64,000 bases of DNA from Penicillus capitatus. Lineage: Eukaryota > Plantae > Chlorophyta. Of the stretch, positions 61,912-64,000 are shown piece after piece. Every line of letters starts with the position of its first letter. Position 1 is the first letter of the stretch. The DNA is taken from assembly GCA_965649825.1 (NCBI GenBank), contig OZ287698.1:1007949-1071948 (forward strand), read 5' to 3'. Both the position numbers and the translations under genes were made by a program. A model generated the notes under the pieces. It searched no databases. It was not told where the DNA came from and worked only from the letters and a program-made list of their open reading frames with translations.

Positions 61912-64000
61912 TCACAGTTGAGGCGACAGTGGATGGTTCTTGCTCTTCTCGTTTTGCAAGTACTCCTTAAGGACAGCTATGATTTCCATAACTTCTTCGT
62001 CTTCGTGCTTTTGTTGGGACTCGCCTATCTGTTTAAAATGACTTCCTTCAGCAACGGCTTCTTCTTTCTGTCCTCTCTCTTTTGATCGGCGCCGTTCGAT
62101 GGCGCGCTTTGCTGTCCATAGCTGATGACGTGACAGTCGGAAAGATTCTCTTCGGGTCGACATCACCGATGATGTGTCGCTGAGGACGGATGCCGGTGCA
62201 CACTCTCGTGCCTGCTCTCTGAAGATTCTCGCCTCCAACAGCAACCAGAACAGACAGCATTCCACTTCCATCAATAGTTTTCGGATCTCAAATGTCCCAT
62301 CAGATGCCTCTTCTGACGCATCTGCTTGGGAGGTGACATTGGCTCTTAACTGACTCAGGATGCTTTCGAGATCGGACGAAAAAACGAGGGAATTGAGATC
62401 TGCCTTGGTACGACTCAGAACTGAATGCGTTGCACTGTTCAATCGCTTTTTCGGAGTACTCTGTGTCTTCAACTGTGAGGCATTCTTGACCGAACGCAGA
62501 CAGGAATGCGTGGCAACATCCATCATGGACTGTTTCAATCCTTCCATCACAGCATCTGAGATATCAAAGAATCGCTCCTTCAGATTTCGAACGAGAGAAA
62601 CGAAGTGCCGTTGGTTTGATGCTCTGACACATTCCAGCTCCTGTACTGATTGCTGATTCTGTGATGTCAGCTTCGATTGCAGCTGATCTCTTTCGGTCTC
62701 CAGTTCAGCCCGTTTCGTCTCTACCGACCCATGCTCTTGTCGTAACCGTATGTTCTCTGCATCTGTCCTCTGTTTCTCTTCTTCGGAAAACTGATATCTT
62801 TCTCGCAGTTCGTCTCTTTCCTGAATATCTATGCTTCTTTTTTAACTCTTGCAGAATCTGAAGTCACCTGCTGTGCATCTCGCATATCGTCGGCCAGTTT
62901 CTCGGAGTGATCACGCAGCTGGCTGACTTCCTCTTCAAGTTTCGTCATCTTCTCTTTCAAATCTGTCTCGAGCATGTTTCTCGCATCGATCTGATTCCTT
63001 AGGTCGTCGAGCGTGTCCTGAAGTATCTTCTTCCTTTCGTCTGCTTCGATCAAGAGCGCCCTAGAACATGACACGCGTCGTTTGCATCTCTCATCGACAG
63101 AGCAGTACTTCATTTCGTTGTCACGGTTGACGAATTCTTGAACAGAGGTAAAACCATACTCCCCTAGCACTCGATTCGTATCCAAGACCTCTCGACTGAG
63201 TCTCTCTTTCTCTTCTAGAAAGGAATGAATCGCCGAAGTGCTCTGTCCGATCGTTCTCTGTGTCGAATGGACTTCTTCTGCAGCTTCCTCAAAAAACTTT
63301 TGCTGAATCTGCAACGTCCTGTTGCATCCTCGTTCGATCACATTTCTCAAATCGCTTAACAACGATCTCCCCTCGTCCTTTTGCTCCGACAGCATCGAAG
63401 AAATCTTCCGATCGACGATCGACAACTCGTGACAGATCCTTTCTTGATACTGCTGTCTCAGTTTCGTCTTCATCTCCCGAAAGTCTTTCTCCTTCTTCTC
63501 TTCAGCCGTCTGCCACGGAATGCATTTCAGTTGCAGCAGGTATTGCCCGAACACGTCGAGTACTTTCAGCACGTCGCTGCACTTTTCACTCCAGTACGCT
63601 TCTTGGTTGTTCAGCTTTGCCTCCAGATTCAGAATCTCTTCTTTCAGCTTCTGTATCATGTTTTCTCTCTCTTGTTTGTATTTTGCATGGCGATGCTCCA
63701 GCTCTTGTACCGTCTTAGATTTCTGCCGGACCTGTGTCTTCAGTTCCTCCATTCGGCACTCTGCTTCTTTATTTCGGTTCCTTAGATTTCGTGCATCGCG
63801 TTGCGTTTGGGCTGTCTGACAAGTGGCCTGATGCTTTTCCCTTTCCGCTTCGATGAACCTCTTCTTAACTCTCGCTACCTCTAATCCCATAGTCCTCCTG
63901 TCAGCCTCCGCCTGAGCATCACACAACATCAAAGATCCAAAGCAGTCTATGCCAAAATGCAGCACACCTCGAGTTTCATCGCTTGCTTGTCTTTGAGGTG
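61912..64000 (-). CDS. Long coiled-coil protein, 3' part (5' end lies beyond the window)
   Basis: 378-aa and 212-aa E/K/R/Q-rich heptad ORFs are joinable through an intron near 62820-62885; stop at 61912. Confidence 0.75.

Noticed and set aside
61858-62085. 75-aa hydrophobic plus-strand ORF resembling a small membrane protein
   Set aside because: It is antisense to the E/K-rich 3' end of the coiled-coil gene; the hydrophobicity is the expected complement of GAA/AAA codons.

Overview
Eukaryotic nuclear DNA from a very compact, intron-rich genome (introns mostly ~43-62 nt) that uses the standard genetic code. It is probably a green alga. The H-type lectins, rotatin and expanded beta-helix/Cys-rich/multi-pass membrane genes suggest a siphonous ulvophyte (Bryopsidales-like), but this is inference only. 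Tightly packed housekeeping genes occupy both ends: SDR, MED4, F-box, TRM6, rotatin, AFG2, CMC4, RPS14 and an AlkB-like oxygenase on the left; cyclophilin, IleRS, PTC7-type PP2C and NAP/SET on the right. An accessory block (~26-52 kb) holds two paralogous giant surface-receptor-like genes, three H-type lectin loci (one interrupted by stops) and decayed sequence. A fourth lectin lies at 2.8 kb. Most notable observations: (1) an operon-like run RPS14 -36 nt- CMC4 -ATGA overlap- AFG2, a candidate polycistronic locus; (2) unusually frequent GC-AG introns; (3) a hierarchical 25/26-aa -> 51-aa -> 306-aa repeat expansion in a beta-helix receptor; (4) divergent start codons only 20, 62 and 88 bp apart, plus overlapping convergent CDSs. 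All gene models and splice sites were read by hand, so boundaries are approximate where stated.
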